DNA of 57,717 nucleotides, taken from an uncultured Spirochaetota bacterium (GTDB taxonomy: Bacteria; Spirochaetota; Spirochaetia; SZUA-6; Fen-1364). The stretch is taken from assembly GCA_963745235.1 (NCBI GenBank), contig CAVUXE010000008.1, forward strand, positions 1 to 57,717, in the 5' to 3' direction. The position numbers and the translations under genes are program-made. Under the pieces are notes generated by a model. It ran no database searches, was not told the DNA's origin, and saw only the letters and a program-made list of their open reading frames with translations. This document shows, piece after piece, positions 10,691-19,818 of the stretch (the stretch's first letter is position 1; each line of letters opens with the position of its first letter).

Positions 10691-10897
10691 CTACAGGAGT
10701 TGACCGACCGCGCCCGGGGGAAGTAGAACGGCAATCACGATGGCTGCACCCAAGGCAACCGCTGCTACAACGCTTAACCACAGCGCAGCAAGCCTCGCTG
10801 TCTTCCGCGCCATCACTCGGCCGACAACTAACAGGGCTACAGCGACCAGGACAGGAATTGCTGCAATAAGCATCGAGGCGAAGGGCCGCAAACGCAA
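10691..10897 (-). CDS. small hydrophobic hypothetical protein (2 TM)
   Basis: Two hydrophobic stretches; start uncertain. Confidence 0.3.
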   Translation of the reverse strand: MRLRPFASMLIAAIPVLVAVALLVVGRVMARKTARLAALWLSVVAAVALGAAIVIAVLLPPGAVGQLL

Positions 10898-10980
10898 GGA
10901 ACAAGACGATGGGGTGGAAAGAAGCGGCCATAGGCCGAATACCGTGAAAACAGTGCTTCAAAGGGTATCGAGACCGTGGC

Positions 10981-11372
10981 CAGGTCTTGTTTTCGACCGA
11001 CGATCGCGATAGAGTTTCTAGCTGAACAGCTTTTCCTCTTGGAATTGTCGCCCCCGGTTTCAACTCCTTTCCGGGGGCGATTTCTTAGGTTTCAAAGAAG
11101 TACGGAGGCATGCCTGCTCCCCCATGAAGGTTCTTTCATGCTGACGATCTCCCGCGCTGGTACACATGATTGATCGAACGAAAGGGTAATAAGGGCCGAT
11201 CCCTCCCAGCGCTGACTTACCGCCATCGGACTCCGCGCCTGCGCATAAACGCTGCATGAAATATCAGTCTCGGGCAGAAGGTTAGGCAAGAGAAGCGCCA
11301 GGCTGTTTCACTCAGGAACTACCGCGGAGGATTCCCTGTCGCGCCCTCTCAGCGCGCACCATGGCCTGGCGC
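10981..11372. repeat. structured non-coding element, copy 1 (hairpin H + core C + module M on - strand)
   Basis: Shares blocks CGCCCCCGG..CCGGGGGCGATT, CATGCTGACGATCTCCCGCGCT, GACTTACCGCCAYCGGACTCCG and GCCATGGTGCGCG..CGCGAC..GAAAC with copies 2 and 3. Confidence 0.85.
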
Positions 11373-11405
11373 GGGAGAGTATGCACCCTGCGGGGAGTAC
11401 AGGGG

Positions 11406-11444
11406 AAAGAAAAGAAGGGGCCCCGGAGCGGGGATCCCGGGCCG
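11406..11444 (-). terminator. intrinsic terminator
   Basis: GGCCCCGG/CCGGGGCC stem (11419-11444) followed on the - strand by a U-rich run; near-identical to 12121-12156. Confidence 0.65.
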
Positions 11445-11492
11445 TGTCGTGTGAAGATTTTCGTCTACCTTTTCGGCAGCCGCGGTGCGTAC

Positions 11493-11669
11493 TTAAGGAG
11501 TTGTCGTCCGCTGGAATTCTCGCTCCGCCTTCCTCATCACAACCTTCTGGGATTTACACGCTTCGCAAGAATACTCGACCCACAGATCACCCAAACCTGT
11601 CTCGATCATCTCTGTGTTGCAGAAAGGACACAGAACCTCTGTCACCCCGTGCTCCGTTTTACATCCATG
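11493..11669 (-). CDS. small zinc-ribbon protein (CPFC...CEAC); likely indel near start
   Basis: Two CxxC pairs; GGAGGGG RBS before an ATG overlapping the previous stop. Confidence 0.45.
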   Translation of the reverse strand, partial: HGCKTEHGVTEVLCPFCNTEMIETGLGDLWVEYSCEACKSQKVVMRKAEREFQRTTTP

Positions 11670-11877
11670 CCACCCCTTCTTTCTTCTCGAGCTCTCTCCA
11701 GCGCTGTTCCATCTCCTCAAAGCCATGCTTGGGCATGAATCCGAAATCGTGCGAGCCACGGGGACCGCATCCATAGGGATACACCTTTTTCGGAATACCA
11801 AGGGGGAACGCCTCACAGCTCAGGCGTCCCTCGGTGTCTCCCAACCCTTTGCAGATCGTACAGAATGGTGACGCCAT
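11659..11877 (-). CDS. small Cys-rich phage-like protein (CxxC...CEAFPxGIP)
   Basis: MASPFCTICKG...SCEAFPLGIP; motif recalled from prophage hypothetical proteins. Confidence 0.5.
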   Translation of the reverse strand: MASPFCTICKGLGDTEGRLSCEAFPLGIPKKVYPYGCGPRGSHDFGFMPKHGFEEMEQRWRELEKKEGVAWM

Positions 11878-12120
11878 GTTTACGCGCGCTTCCCAGGCCA
11901 GAGCGAACGCAAAACCCAATAGATAGCGAACAAGGTGAAACCTACCAGCAGCACAACGAGCTTTCCCATAGAAACTCTTTTCAAAGGCCGGAGCGACTTG
12001 CCCCGCCAAACAAGTCGTTCGGGGTCTCAGAGAATTAGCCCAACATTGTGCATGGGGGACATTTTGAGCGGTAAGGCTTCCGAATATAGGGAGTGTATCA
12101 CAGTGAAGGCCCTGTCTGGG

Positions 12121-12156
12121 GAAAAGAGCGGCCCCGGACGCTGAGATCCCGGGGCC
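12121..12156 (-). terminator. intrinsic terminator (paralog of 11406-11444)
   Basis: Same 8-bp stem GGCCCCGG/CCGGGGCC, with CTCTTTTC downstream on the - strand. Confidence 0.6.
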
Positions 12157-12259
12157 CTGCGCCGCGGTGCGATCCGCAGAGGGCTCGCCGTGTCACTCGC
12201 CAGAGGAAAAAGCGCCGTTACCGACAAGTGGCTGTGGTTCGTAAAAGCCCGGGGCTATG

Positions 12260-12463
12260 TCAGTCTTTGAGAACACACTCAACCTGGCCGAGCAGCGAGA
12301 GCAGCTTCGTTGCGAACTCCTCAGAGCCAGGACTCTTTTTCATTAGGTCCGCCAGGGCCTGCAGCTTGAGATAGACGTCTTTGGGGATTTCGTAGTACGC
12401 CGCGAAACCAATATTTGCTGCATCGAAACAAACCTGGTCGGTAGTCATGTTGCAAACTCCCAC
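12260..12463 (-). CDS. small hypothetical protein
   Basis: 67-aa ORF, GGAG upstream of MTTDQ, terminator downstream. Confidence 0.45.
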   Translation of the reverse strand: MGVCNMTTDQVCFDAANIGFAAYYEIPKDVYLKLQALADLMKKSPGSEEFATKLLSLLGQVECVLKD

Positions 12464-12546
12464 TGTCAGTCCTAAAGGTTACACACAGGAAGCCGGCTTC
12501 TCAGGAGGTCTGGAAAAGAAAAAGTGGGATTCGCCCCTGGACTATC

Positions 12547-12856
12547 GCGCCAAGCCATGGTGCGCGCTGACGTTGGCGCGACGGGCATCTTTTCTTCGCT
12601 TAAGAAACGCTTGGCGCTCTCCTTTAACGAAGCCAGGTCCAACTTTGTTTTCGGCCGATGATCGCGGTAAACTTTAACTGAAGCCTTCCTCATGGGGATC
12701 GTCGCCCCCGGGTCACCTCCTTCCCGGGGGCGATTTTTTGGGTTTCAAAGAGGCACGGAGGCATGGCTGCTGCTTTCTCCATGCTGACGATCTCCCGCGC
12801 TTGGCAACATGACGAGAAACCCCAGCGCTGACTTACCGCCACCGGACTCCGTGTCT
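12547..12856. repeat. structured non-coding element, copy 2 (M on + strand, H, core C)
   Basis: M 12547-12617, H 12702-12733, core 12751-12856; same conserved blocks as copies 1 and 3. Confidence 0.85.
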
Positions 12857-13015
12857 CGAAGGAAAACGTGCCCATCAGAAGATCGCTCTTCGGCGGGAAA
12901 GCCGGCAAGACAGTCGAATAAACAGAAAGGCCCGGACGACTTGTCTCACCACAAGCCGACCGGACCACCACAGAGGTGTGACGAAAGATTGCCGAATCTC
13001 GTAGCAGAAGGCGGG

Positions 13016-13222
13016 TTAATGCTTCTGTTCGTCCTCGGGTTTCTCAATGAGATCCTCGACTTCCTCGACGATCACTTCATCGAGCAGACTGCAAAAGCCT
13101 GCTGTTCCATCCCTCACATTGCGCAACACGGCGGAGATCTCCGTCTCGACGTTGGATTCCATTAGATCAACCACTGATGCCAGCATGTTACGAACGATTC
13201 TTAACAGGTCCTGTTCCTTCAT
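13016..13222 (-). CDS. small acidic hypothetical protein
   Basis: MKEQDLLRIVRNMLAS... helical, protein-like composition. Confidence 0.4.
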   Translation of the reverse strand: MKEQDLLRIVRNMLASVVDLMESNVETEISAVLRNVRDGTAGFCSLLDEVIVEEVEDLIEKPEDEQKH

Positions 13223-13516
13223 CGCAACCCCGCTGCATGAAAAGATCGGTCTCGAGCAGAAGTCCTGGCAAGTGAAGCGCCAGACTGTATTCGTCTTGCT
13301 AAGATCGAAGTTTCGAGGAATCCTCAATCGCAAGAGTGAAATCAAGACCGGAGTTGGGTTCAACCCTCCGCCTCAAGACCCATAAAGTGTTGCGACCAAA
13401 GGACGAGTCAAAACAGGACATTCGAAGGATGCAAAACCGAAATCCATGGTCATCAATGGTTCCTGAATCAACAACGGGAGGATTGCAATGGGCACATATG
13501 CATCTATGGTACTCAA

Positions 13517-14203
13517 ATGGAGGTCGCTATGAAGGTAAATGGTAGCGCAATGTCCCAAACGGCTCTTTACCGGATTTCGGCCGTGGCGCTCCTCGTTGGG
13601 GCGGCGCTAGTCACGGCGGGCAACCTGCTGGGTCCGCAGGGCGATGCTAGAGAGGCGGTCGCCAGCGGGACGTACTATCCGGCCGCGGTCGTCGTGCTGT
13701 TGGGCGGCTTGTTGGTCATGGCGAGCTTGCCGGCCATCTACCTGCGCCAGCGGGCGGAGAGCGGCGTCCTCGGCTTTGCGGGTATGGTGGCTGTATTCGT
13801 GGCGGCGATGACACTGCTCGTCGGCTTCCCCCTGATCCAGGTTCTGATTTACCCCTGGATCGCAACCATGAGCGTCTCGAACAAGGTCCTCAACGATGGG
13901 CCGGCTTCTTTCAACGTCTTCTTCGCGGTCGCCAGTGGCATCGTCGATCTGGGTGGAGTCCTCTTCGGTGTCGCCACCATACGGGCCAGGATCTTCTCCC
14001 GCCAACTCGGTATCGGCTTCATCGCACTCACGGCGGCCAGTTTCGTACTCGGCTTCCTGAGTATTCCAGGGGGTGGGGGTATCGCTATGTCTTGGTGGTG
14101 GGCAACGACCGGGACCTTTGGTGTGGTCGCCTATATGGTGGCCCTAGCCTGGTTTGCGATCGAACTGCTACAGACCGTCGGCGTGCGTCGACAAACCCCA
14201 TGA
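13517..14203 (+). CDS. multi-pass membrane protein
   Basis: About 6 hydrophobic segments; GGAGG RBS before ATG 13529. Confidence 0.7.
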   Translation: MEVAMKVNGSAMSQTALYRISAVALLVGAALVTAGNLLGPQGDAREAVASGTYYPAAVVVLLGGLLVMASLPAIYLRQRAESGVLGFAGMVAVFVAAMTLLVGFPLIQVLIYPWIATMSVSNKVLNDGPASFNVFFAVASGIVDLGGVLFGVATIRARIFSRQLGIGFIALTAASFVLGFLSIPGGGGIAMSWWWATTGTFGVVAYMVALAWFAIELLQTVGVRRQTP

Positions 14204-14581
14204 AGCCTTCATTTCAGTTGCCGCGAGCTTCTCGTTGCAGCGTGCTTTTTCGGCCTTATCGAAGGTACAGGGATACAATGTAGCCGGGGGGCCAAAGCCA
14301 TCTTTGCTCTTTTCAAGGGGTCATTACCCACCTATTTCGGCGCCATTCAAATGACAATCGCTAGACTGGAGAAACCAAGGGCGTTCCACTGTGCTCTTGT
14401 CCACAACACCGCGGTCAAAAAGGCGATGGAGCGTCACGGGCAGGTGCCCCCAGTAAGGGGCACCGTACAGACGCTTCGAGGTTCTCCTGAACAGGTCGCC
14501 TCGGCGCTGCTCAGCGCCGGTTGATTTTCTGGGCGCGCCTTCATAAGATGATCCATCCAGGAACCAATCGGAGGCCCTTCC

Positions 14582-15205
14582 ATGAGTGACCATTCCTTTG
14601 AGGTCATGGCGTCTGCCCTGCTCATCATCGACATACAGAACGCGTTCATCCATTCCAACGGCTCTCTCCAGAGAATGGGGCTGGACACCTCTCGGACGCG
14701 AAAGGTCACCGAGCCCATCAAGAAACTGCGTGGCATGTTCCACGAGGCGGGCCTCCCCGTCATCTACCTCCAGCACACGCACGACGCCAACGGCGCGGAC
14801 ATGGGATTGATCGCTGAGGTCTTTCCTCCTATTCGGGCTCTCGGCCACTGCTTTAGTGGCTCTTGGGACGCTGCGGTGATCGACGACCTCACCCCCGCTT
14901 CAGACGATCATGTGGTCGAGAAGCACCGATTCAGCGGGTTCTACCAGACGGATCTCGAGGATCTCCTCCGAAGGCTCCGCATAAAGAGCCTTGTTGTTTC
15001 AGGAATCGCCACCAACATCTGCGTAGAGTCCACGATCCGCGACGCCTTCTTCCGAGACTATCCAGTCGTAGTGCCAAGAGAGACAACCGCCTCATTCACT
15101 GAAGAACAGGAGGCGGGCGCGCTCGGGAACTTCGCGTTCGCCTTCGCAAAGGTGATTCCGCTGGACGACGTCATCCGTTCGATCTCCGCCACGCGGCAAC
15201 CCTGA
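14582..15205 (+). CDS. cysteine hydrolase / isochorismatase family (RutB-like)
   Basis: ALLIIDIQNAF, KHRFSGFYQTDL, GIATNICVESTIRDAF (D-K-C triad). Confidence 0.9.
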   Translation: MSDHSFEVMASALLIIDIQNAFIHSNGSLQRMGLDTSRTRKVTEPIKKLRGMFHEAGLPVIYLQHTHDANGADMGLIAEVFPPIRALGHCFSGSWDAAVIDDLTPASDDHVVEKHRFSGFYQTDLEDLLRRLRIKSLVVSGIATNICVESTIRDAFFRDYPVVVPRETTASFTEEQEAGALGNFAFAFAKVIPLDDVIRSISATRQP

Positions 15206-15314
15206 GGTCCCTCTCGGGCTGCCCACGAGACTCACTTGGCAGGTCCCAAGCCCCACACAGATAACCTCCTTGACGATGTTCTTCTTTGAGAGGTAGACCG
15301 AAGGCTACTTATGG

Positions 15315-15878
15315 CTACTTTCTTGAGCTAGGACCTCTCTCGCCAGGAACGAAGTATACATAGTCACGAAACTCTTCGTCGGGGTTGCCGTCACCGTAGG
15401 GGTGCTTCTCGTTTGCGTTCGCGTGGCAAGTAATGCAAAAGTTTCCCATGAAGACTGCCTCTTTGCCGTTTGGAAGATCACGGGTGATCCAGAGCCAGCC
15501 GCCCTGGGAATGAGGATCCTCGGGAGCCTTGACCATGATAGTGAGCTGGATGGGCTGCTCGCCTGGGGCGGGTTTCGGCGTCTGGTAAACTTCCTTTACG
15601 ATGACGGTACCAACCGGGAAGTCCCACACGCGTTTGCCGTTGTCAAGGGTTGGTTTCACAGTGAAGCCGACATCGTTCATTCTTGGGATACGGAATCGGT
15701 TTTGATGGCCTGGTATTGGATAGTCAAGAACCACATCTGTCGTCCGTTTCCATGAGTGGTAGTCAGGTGTCGCGTACACATGAGGCTTCTCCGCCACGCA
15801 GCTTAAAAGCATTCCACACACGGCGAGCAGCGAAACACCAATAGTCCACAGCGCCGGGAGATTGTTCCGCACAGTCAT
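15315..15878 (-). CDS. cytochrome P460-family lipoprotein
   Basis: Lipobox LLSC, Y..W, FPVGTVIVKE, IMVK, GGWLW, C-terminal CITCH. Confidence 0.8.
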   Translation of the reverse strand: MTVRNNLPALWTIGVSLLAVCGMLLSCVAEKPHVYATPDYHSWKRTTDVVLDYPIPGHQNRFRIPRMNDVGFTVKPTLDNGKRVWDFPVGTVIVKEVYQTPKPAPGEQPIQLTIMVKAPEDPHSQGGWLWITRDLPNGKEAVFMGNFCITCHANANEKHPYGDGNPDEEFRDYVYFVPGERGPSSRK

Positions 15879-17329
15879 GGCGACCTCCCCTGAATAAAGC
15901 CAGTAAGAAGCCAGACTCGTTGAGGTTGATCTTTTCCCTTGAGTTTCGCGGAAAACGGCCCCTTGAACTGAAATCCGGCTTCCGTGGCTGACTTTGTTGC
16001 CTCGCTCACGACGATCTGCATTCCCTTCGCGATGCCGCAGAGTCGACTCGCGACATTCACCGAATCACCGATTACCGTGAAGTCAGCCCGGCGTAGCGAT
16101 CCAATCATGCCGTGGATGACCGAGCCAGTGGCAATCCCAGCTCCGACAGCAAGGTGGTCGAACTCTTCTGAGCTTTCGGCGCAGAGGCGAACGATGCGGA
16201 GTGCTGCTGTGCAGGCGCGGTGTGGGGCGTCGTCTCCTGAGTAGATGGCCACGATTTCGTCGCCCACAAACTTGTCGATGTCCCCGCCGCTTTTCTGGAT
16301 TATCTCTGATTGTTTCTCCAAAAGACGGTTCAGGACTTCCACAACCTGCTCCGGCTTGCGGCGCTCGGTGTAGGAGGTGAAGCCGCGGACGTCTGTAAAA
16401 AGCAAGGTGCGAAGAACACGCTGTGGTTCTTGGCTCGCTTTCAAGGAGTCCAAAGTACTTGCCGAGACGTACTTGGTGAGCTCGAAACGCTCTCGCAGAC
16501 CCCCGACCATAGTGTTGACCGTCCGTGCAAGCGTCCCAATCTCATCGTTGCTTCTGATTTCGACTCGGCCCTGAAAGTTCCCCGAGGTTACCTCTGTGCA
16601 CACCTTACCAATGAATTGCACTGGCTTCAGCACGACGCGTCGAAGAAACGTGCCGATCGCCCATACGAGGATCGTAACCACCACGAGAAAGCCTATTCCC
16701 GAGCCGCCTATTGTGAATGCCTGGGCTTTGACGGCCCCTGTCACGTCGCTCCGTATGTCAATGACTCCCCGCACAGTATGGTCCGCTCCATGGCACACAG
16801 TACATTTGGGGAGGTTTATCAGAGGTCTGTACGCTCGGAAATATGCCGTTCCTCCAGCGAGGGGATGACCGAGGTCGTCTCGAAAGAACAAGTCTTGCGG
16901 CGGTATGCCAGCTGCCTCGGCGAACCGGGGTGTCGGCATGGCCTTGCCTGGAGGCGACGGACGATCCTTGATCTGAAAGCGCTGCTTCCCAAGGTTTCTG
17001 TTCACCGTCTCGATGGTGGAATTGTCCGAAAAGGCTCTTGTTCCATCTCTTCGATACAGAGTGATTGATGTTCTGGCGTCCGTGAGATTGACCTTGGTAA
17101 AGTAGCCAACGGCTTCAGGAGCGTTGCCCGATAGCATCAGGGTCTCTATCGCGATGAAGTGATCGTCACCCTGTCTTTGCAGGCTCTGTATCGAAAGCCG
17201 GTTGCCAAAGGCAATCAGTGACGCGGCAAAGACGACAATGACAGCTCCAATCCCGACGGTCAACGCAACGACGAGGATGGTATCTACCTTGAAAGTTAAA
17301 GAGAAAAACCGTGCCTTTCTGTCTTTCAT
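15875..17329 (-). CDS. class III adenylate/guanylate cyclase with periplasmic CxxCH sensor and HAMP
   Basis: TM-periplasmic domain (PKCTVCH)-TM-HAMP (DEIGTLA)-cyclase (FTDVRGFT, DKFVGD, DFTVIGDSVNVASRL). Confidence 0.9.
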   Translation of the reverse strand: MKDRKARFFSLTFKVDTILVVALTVGIGAVIVVFAASLIAFGNRLSIQSLQRQGDDHFIAIETLMLSGNAPEAVGYFTKVNLTDARTSITLYRRDGTRAFSDNSTIETVNRNLGKQRFQIKDRPSPPGKAMPTPRFAEAAGIPPQDLFFRDDLGHPLAGGTAYFRAYRPLINLPKCTVCHGADHTVRGVIDIRSDVTGAVKAQAFTIGGSGIGFLVVVTILVWAIGTFLRRVVLKPVQFIGKVCTEVTSGNFQGRVEIRSNDEIGTLARTVNTMVGGLRERFELTKYVSASTLDSLKASQEPQRVLRTLLFTDVRGFTSYTERRKPEQVVEVLNRLLEKQSEIIQKSGGDIDKFVGDEIVAIYSGDDAPHRACTAALRIVRLCAESSEEFDHLAVGAGIATGSVIHGMIGSLRRADFTVIGDSVNVASRLCGIAKGMQIVVSEATKSATEAGFQFKGPFSAKLKGKDQPQRVWLLTGFIQGRSP

Positions 17330-17514
17330 CGATCCCGTCAGTATAGGCCGGGGCTATCGCGCCTTCAAGCTTCGCGTGCAAAGCTTCAGACCAGTTTCGC
17401 ACCAACGCTCTGAGGCACCCGGGCAACATCGGAGCTACCAGTAGACAGTCCGCAACGTTATGGGAAGTCAGGAAGGCTTTGCCACCTGCAAAAGACCATC
17501 ATAAAATAAGTGCT

Positions 17515-18555
17515 TCATTCCACGTCGCCCCCAGCGAAGTGTTGGAACAGATTCTCCTTGAGCTCTTCCAGTGCCGGCAGGCGTTTCAATACAGATAGCT
17601 CACATCCAAGGATCGCCGCCACCTTCCTCAGAGCCGCAGCAAGAGCCTGCCGCGGGACGTGGATGGCCAGCGGGATCCGAGAATGCTTTCTTACGAGTTC
17701 GAGCAGCTGCTTGTTCAACGCCCAAGCTTTTAGGTCAGGATCATCCGCCTGATCAAGAAGTTCAATACCCAAGCCGAGCCCGCTATGTTGATCGACCCAG
17801 CACATGGCCATGGGGTAGTAAGGTCGTTCACCTGGTGACTCTCGTGTAGGAGTAGGTACGTAAAAGAGGTCTGCTTCCCAGATCCCTTCCTGCCTCGCCG
17901 TCGAGCCTTTCAGTCTTGCGGCCTCAGTTTCGTCTACTACGGATTCTTGAAGTGGCCCAACAGGGGAGGGAGCTGGTTTTATCCACTGATCGATCCAACC
18001 TCCATCCGCTGCCATTACGCGAACGAAAAGCTCCTTCGCCCGAGGCGGCGCGAGCAATTCCGGCTCCGATCGTAACCGCGAACACGCCACAAAGGCTTGC
18101 TGCAGAACTTCAGTAAAGAAAACGACCTCCGATCCATCAAGACGCCAGGGGTACCATCCGCGTCGGTGACTCCTAAATTGCGGCCAACTGTTGCGCCCCC
18201 GAAAGGTAAGACCGAGCGATTTTATGAGGGCGAAGTCGCTGGCTTCCAGTCCCTGGCGGTTTTCAAACGATACCATGAGGCACGGGAACCCATAACGGAT
18301 TTCATCGTCGTCTGCCCTCAGTTCGCCAGCCTGGATTCTGCAGTGGATGCTAAGCCCGGCGGCGCCAAGGTAGGCAGCCAGCCCGAAAACCTCCCCTCTC
18401 AGGCCCAGGACACTGCACCAAGCGATCTGTCCCTGGTTCGCGTCCACCACTCCGAAAACCATGTTGTCGTCCATCCATACCCAAGGACCAAGGTCGCGGA
18501 AAGCCTCGGCAGCAGCAAAAAGGTCTCTCCATTGCTCGTCCAGTGCTTCTGGCAT
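17515..18555 (-). CDS. conserved hypothetical protein
   Basis: 346-aa ORF with protein-like composition (PWVWMDD, WPQFRS...YPW); no function recognised. Confidence 0.7.
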   Translation of the reverse strand: MPEALDEQWRDLFAAAEAFRDLGPWVWMDDNMVFGVVDANQGQIAWCSVLGLRGEVFGLAAYLGAAGLSIHCRIQAGELRADDDEIRYGFPCLMVSFENRQGLEASDFALIKSLGLTFRGRNSWPQFRSHRRGWYPWRLDGSEVVFFTEVLQQAFVACSRLRSEPELLAPPRAKELFVRVMAADGGWIDQWIKPAPSPVGPLQESVVDETEAARLKGSTARQEGIWEADLFYVPTPTRESPGERPYYPMAMCWVDQHSGLGLGIELLDQADDPDLKAWALNKQLLELVRKHSRIPLAIHVPRQALAAALRKVAAILGCELSVLKRLPALEELKENLFQHFAGGDVE

Positions 18556-18647
18556 GAGGGGAGAATAACGGAGACTATCTTACCCTGTGAACCACCTCGC
18601 GAGCCGACCCGAAGCTAACCCTTAAAATGCCTTCATCTGGCTTTGAT

Positions 18648-19115
18648 CTACTTTCCTAATCTTGGATCCAACTTATACTTGAGAGGGGTGCCTATGACGA
18701 TTTTCGAAAAATCGGGGTGTTCTGGATTTAAGAGGTAGTTGCACTGACCGGGGACCACCCCTGAAGGCACGCGTAAGACAGCGCTTCGATGCGATGTGAT
18801 CCAGTCCCCTCCAATTTGCTGTAGTTTAGCCCATCCTGGGTCTACAAGCCTTTGCCACCCTCGTGGAAGAGTAAGAGGATCCAGTTTTTCAACGAAGCTT
18901 TCATCAAAAGAGCACGGGATAAGAACATAAAGCGTAAGCAGCCGCTCATCCGTGTGAACAAGAAGCTCCAAGGTTGCCAACGACTGAGAATCGGAGGTGT
19001 AAACAACCTTCTGCCCGCTCGTATTCCACCGCCCCGGCGCTCGCGCTGCTCCTGCGCCATCAAAAGCGGTCCGAACATATTTCGGCTTGCAAATGCGCCA
19101 AGCCTCTACTGTCAT
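18648..19115 (-). CDS. RES-domain toxin
   Basis: WRI...GAGA...GRWN..G..VVYTS.S..LA.LE.LVH, LRVPS, NYLLNP.HPDF. Confidence 0.9.
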   Translation of the reverse strand: MTVEAWRICKPKYVRTAFDGAGAARAPGRWNTSGQKVVYTSDSQSLATLELLVHTDERLLTLYVLIPCSFDESFVEKLDPLTLPRGWQRLVDPGWAKLQQIGGDWITSHRSAVLRVPSGVVPGQCNYLLNPEHPDFSKIVIGTPLKYKLDPRLGK

Positions 19116-19609
19116 GAAAAAACGCCATTCTCAATTCGTCCAATCAAGTTTTCAACAAGAGCTGTCCCTGCCTCGGTTGCTATCATCTCTTCAGGCGATA
19201 GTCCTTCAAATGCCGAGTTCCTGCGCTTCAACCATTCCAAGGCGGCTTCCTGATCGCCTTCGTAAAGCTCGCACGCGTGCCAGAAGACGCGGAGAAGCCT
19301 GACAGCCCGGTCCGATTCAATAGAGTCCAGTCTTCCGCTCTTTTTTCGTCTCTCAAGCGTGCGAAAGCTCATCTGAAGAGCTGTCGCGATCTGTGTGCGA
19401 TCTAGCTCCAAGGTATCTTGAAGCAATTTTACCGTTGTATAGGGAAGGCCCTTTTGTATCATCTTGAGGATTGTCTTAGGACTATTTACCTTGACCCCGA
19501 GCACCGACCAATAACCGGCCGGATCGCCACAGCCTACCCGGGGAGCGGTTCGCCTTGTATTCCTGTACTGAGCTCCCGCGGCTATCCCCTTCGACCTAGT
19601 AGTTGCCAT
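19112..19609 (-). CDS. Xre/MbcA/ParS-family antitoxin
   Basis: GLPY...SFRTLERRKK.GRL...ESDR, A.EWL...N.AF.G.SP, LIGRIENGVFS; overlaps the RES start. Confidence 0.9.
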   Translation of the reverse strand: MATTRSKGIAAGAQYRNTRRTAPRVGCGDPAGYWSVLGVKVNSPKTILKMIQKGLPYTTVKLLQDTLELDRTQIATALQMSFRTLERRKKSGRLDSIESDRAVRLLRVFWHACELYEGDQEAALEWLKRRNSAFEGLSPEEMIATEAGTALVENLIGRIENGVFS

Positions 19610-19646
19610 ATGGCGTAATATATGCGTCATTTGGCGAACCTGTCAA
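19604..19646 (-). promoter_or_regulatory. sigma70 promoter with palindromic operators for the Xre-RES operon
   Basis: TTGACA (19646-19641)-18 bp-TATATT (19622-19617); CGCCAAATGACG and CGCCATATGGCA quasi-palindromes. Confidence 0.6.
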
Positions 19647-19818
19647 TACATTCGTTCTCGGAGTCGACCGAAGGCGCAGTTATTGGAAGTAGGTAGCAGA
19701 CCTGCCGGAAGAACCTCTTGCAGTGCGACATCCGGGTCGCCGCAAAACATCCTTACGTGAGGGGAAGAAAACCAAGGCCTCGGTGGGCAGTCTGTTCAAG
19801 AAAGAGTAAATTCGCTCT

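Noticed and set aside
11137-12830. CTGACGA in core C and GAAAC in M as a hammerhead ribozyme
   Set aside because: CUGANGA is not followed by stem II-GAAA in all copies; the motifs lie in different modules with the wrong topology
14421-14501. GGCGATGG as a fluoride riboswitch
   Set aside because: Lacks the downstream pseudoknot/GCUGAUGAC consensus
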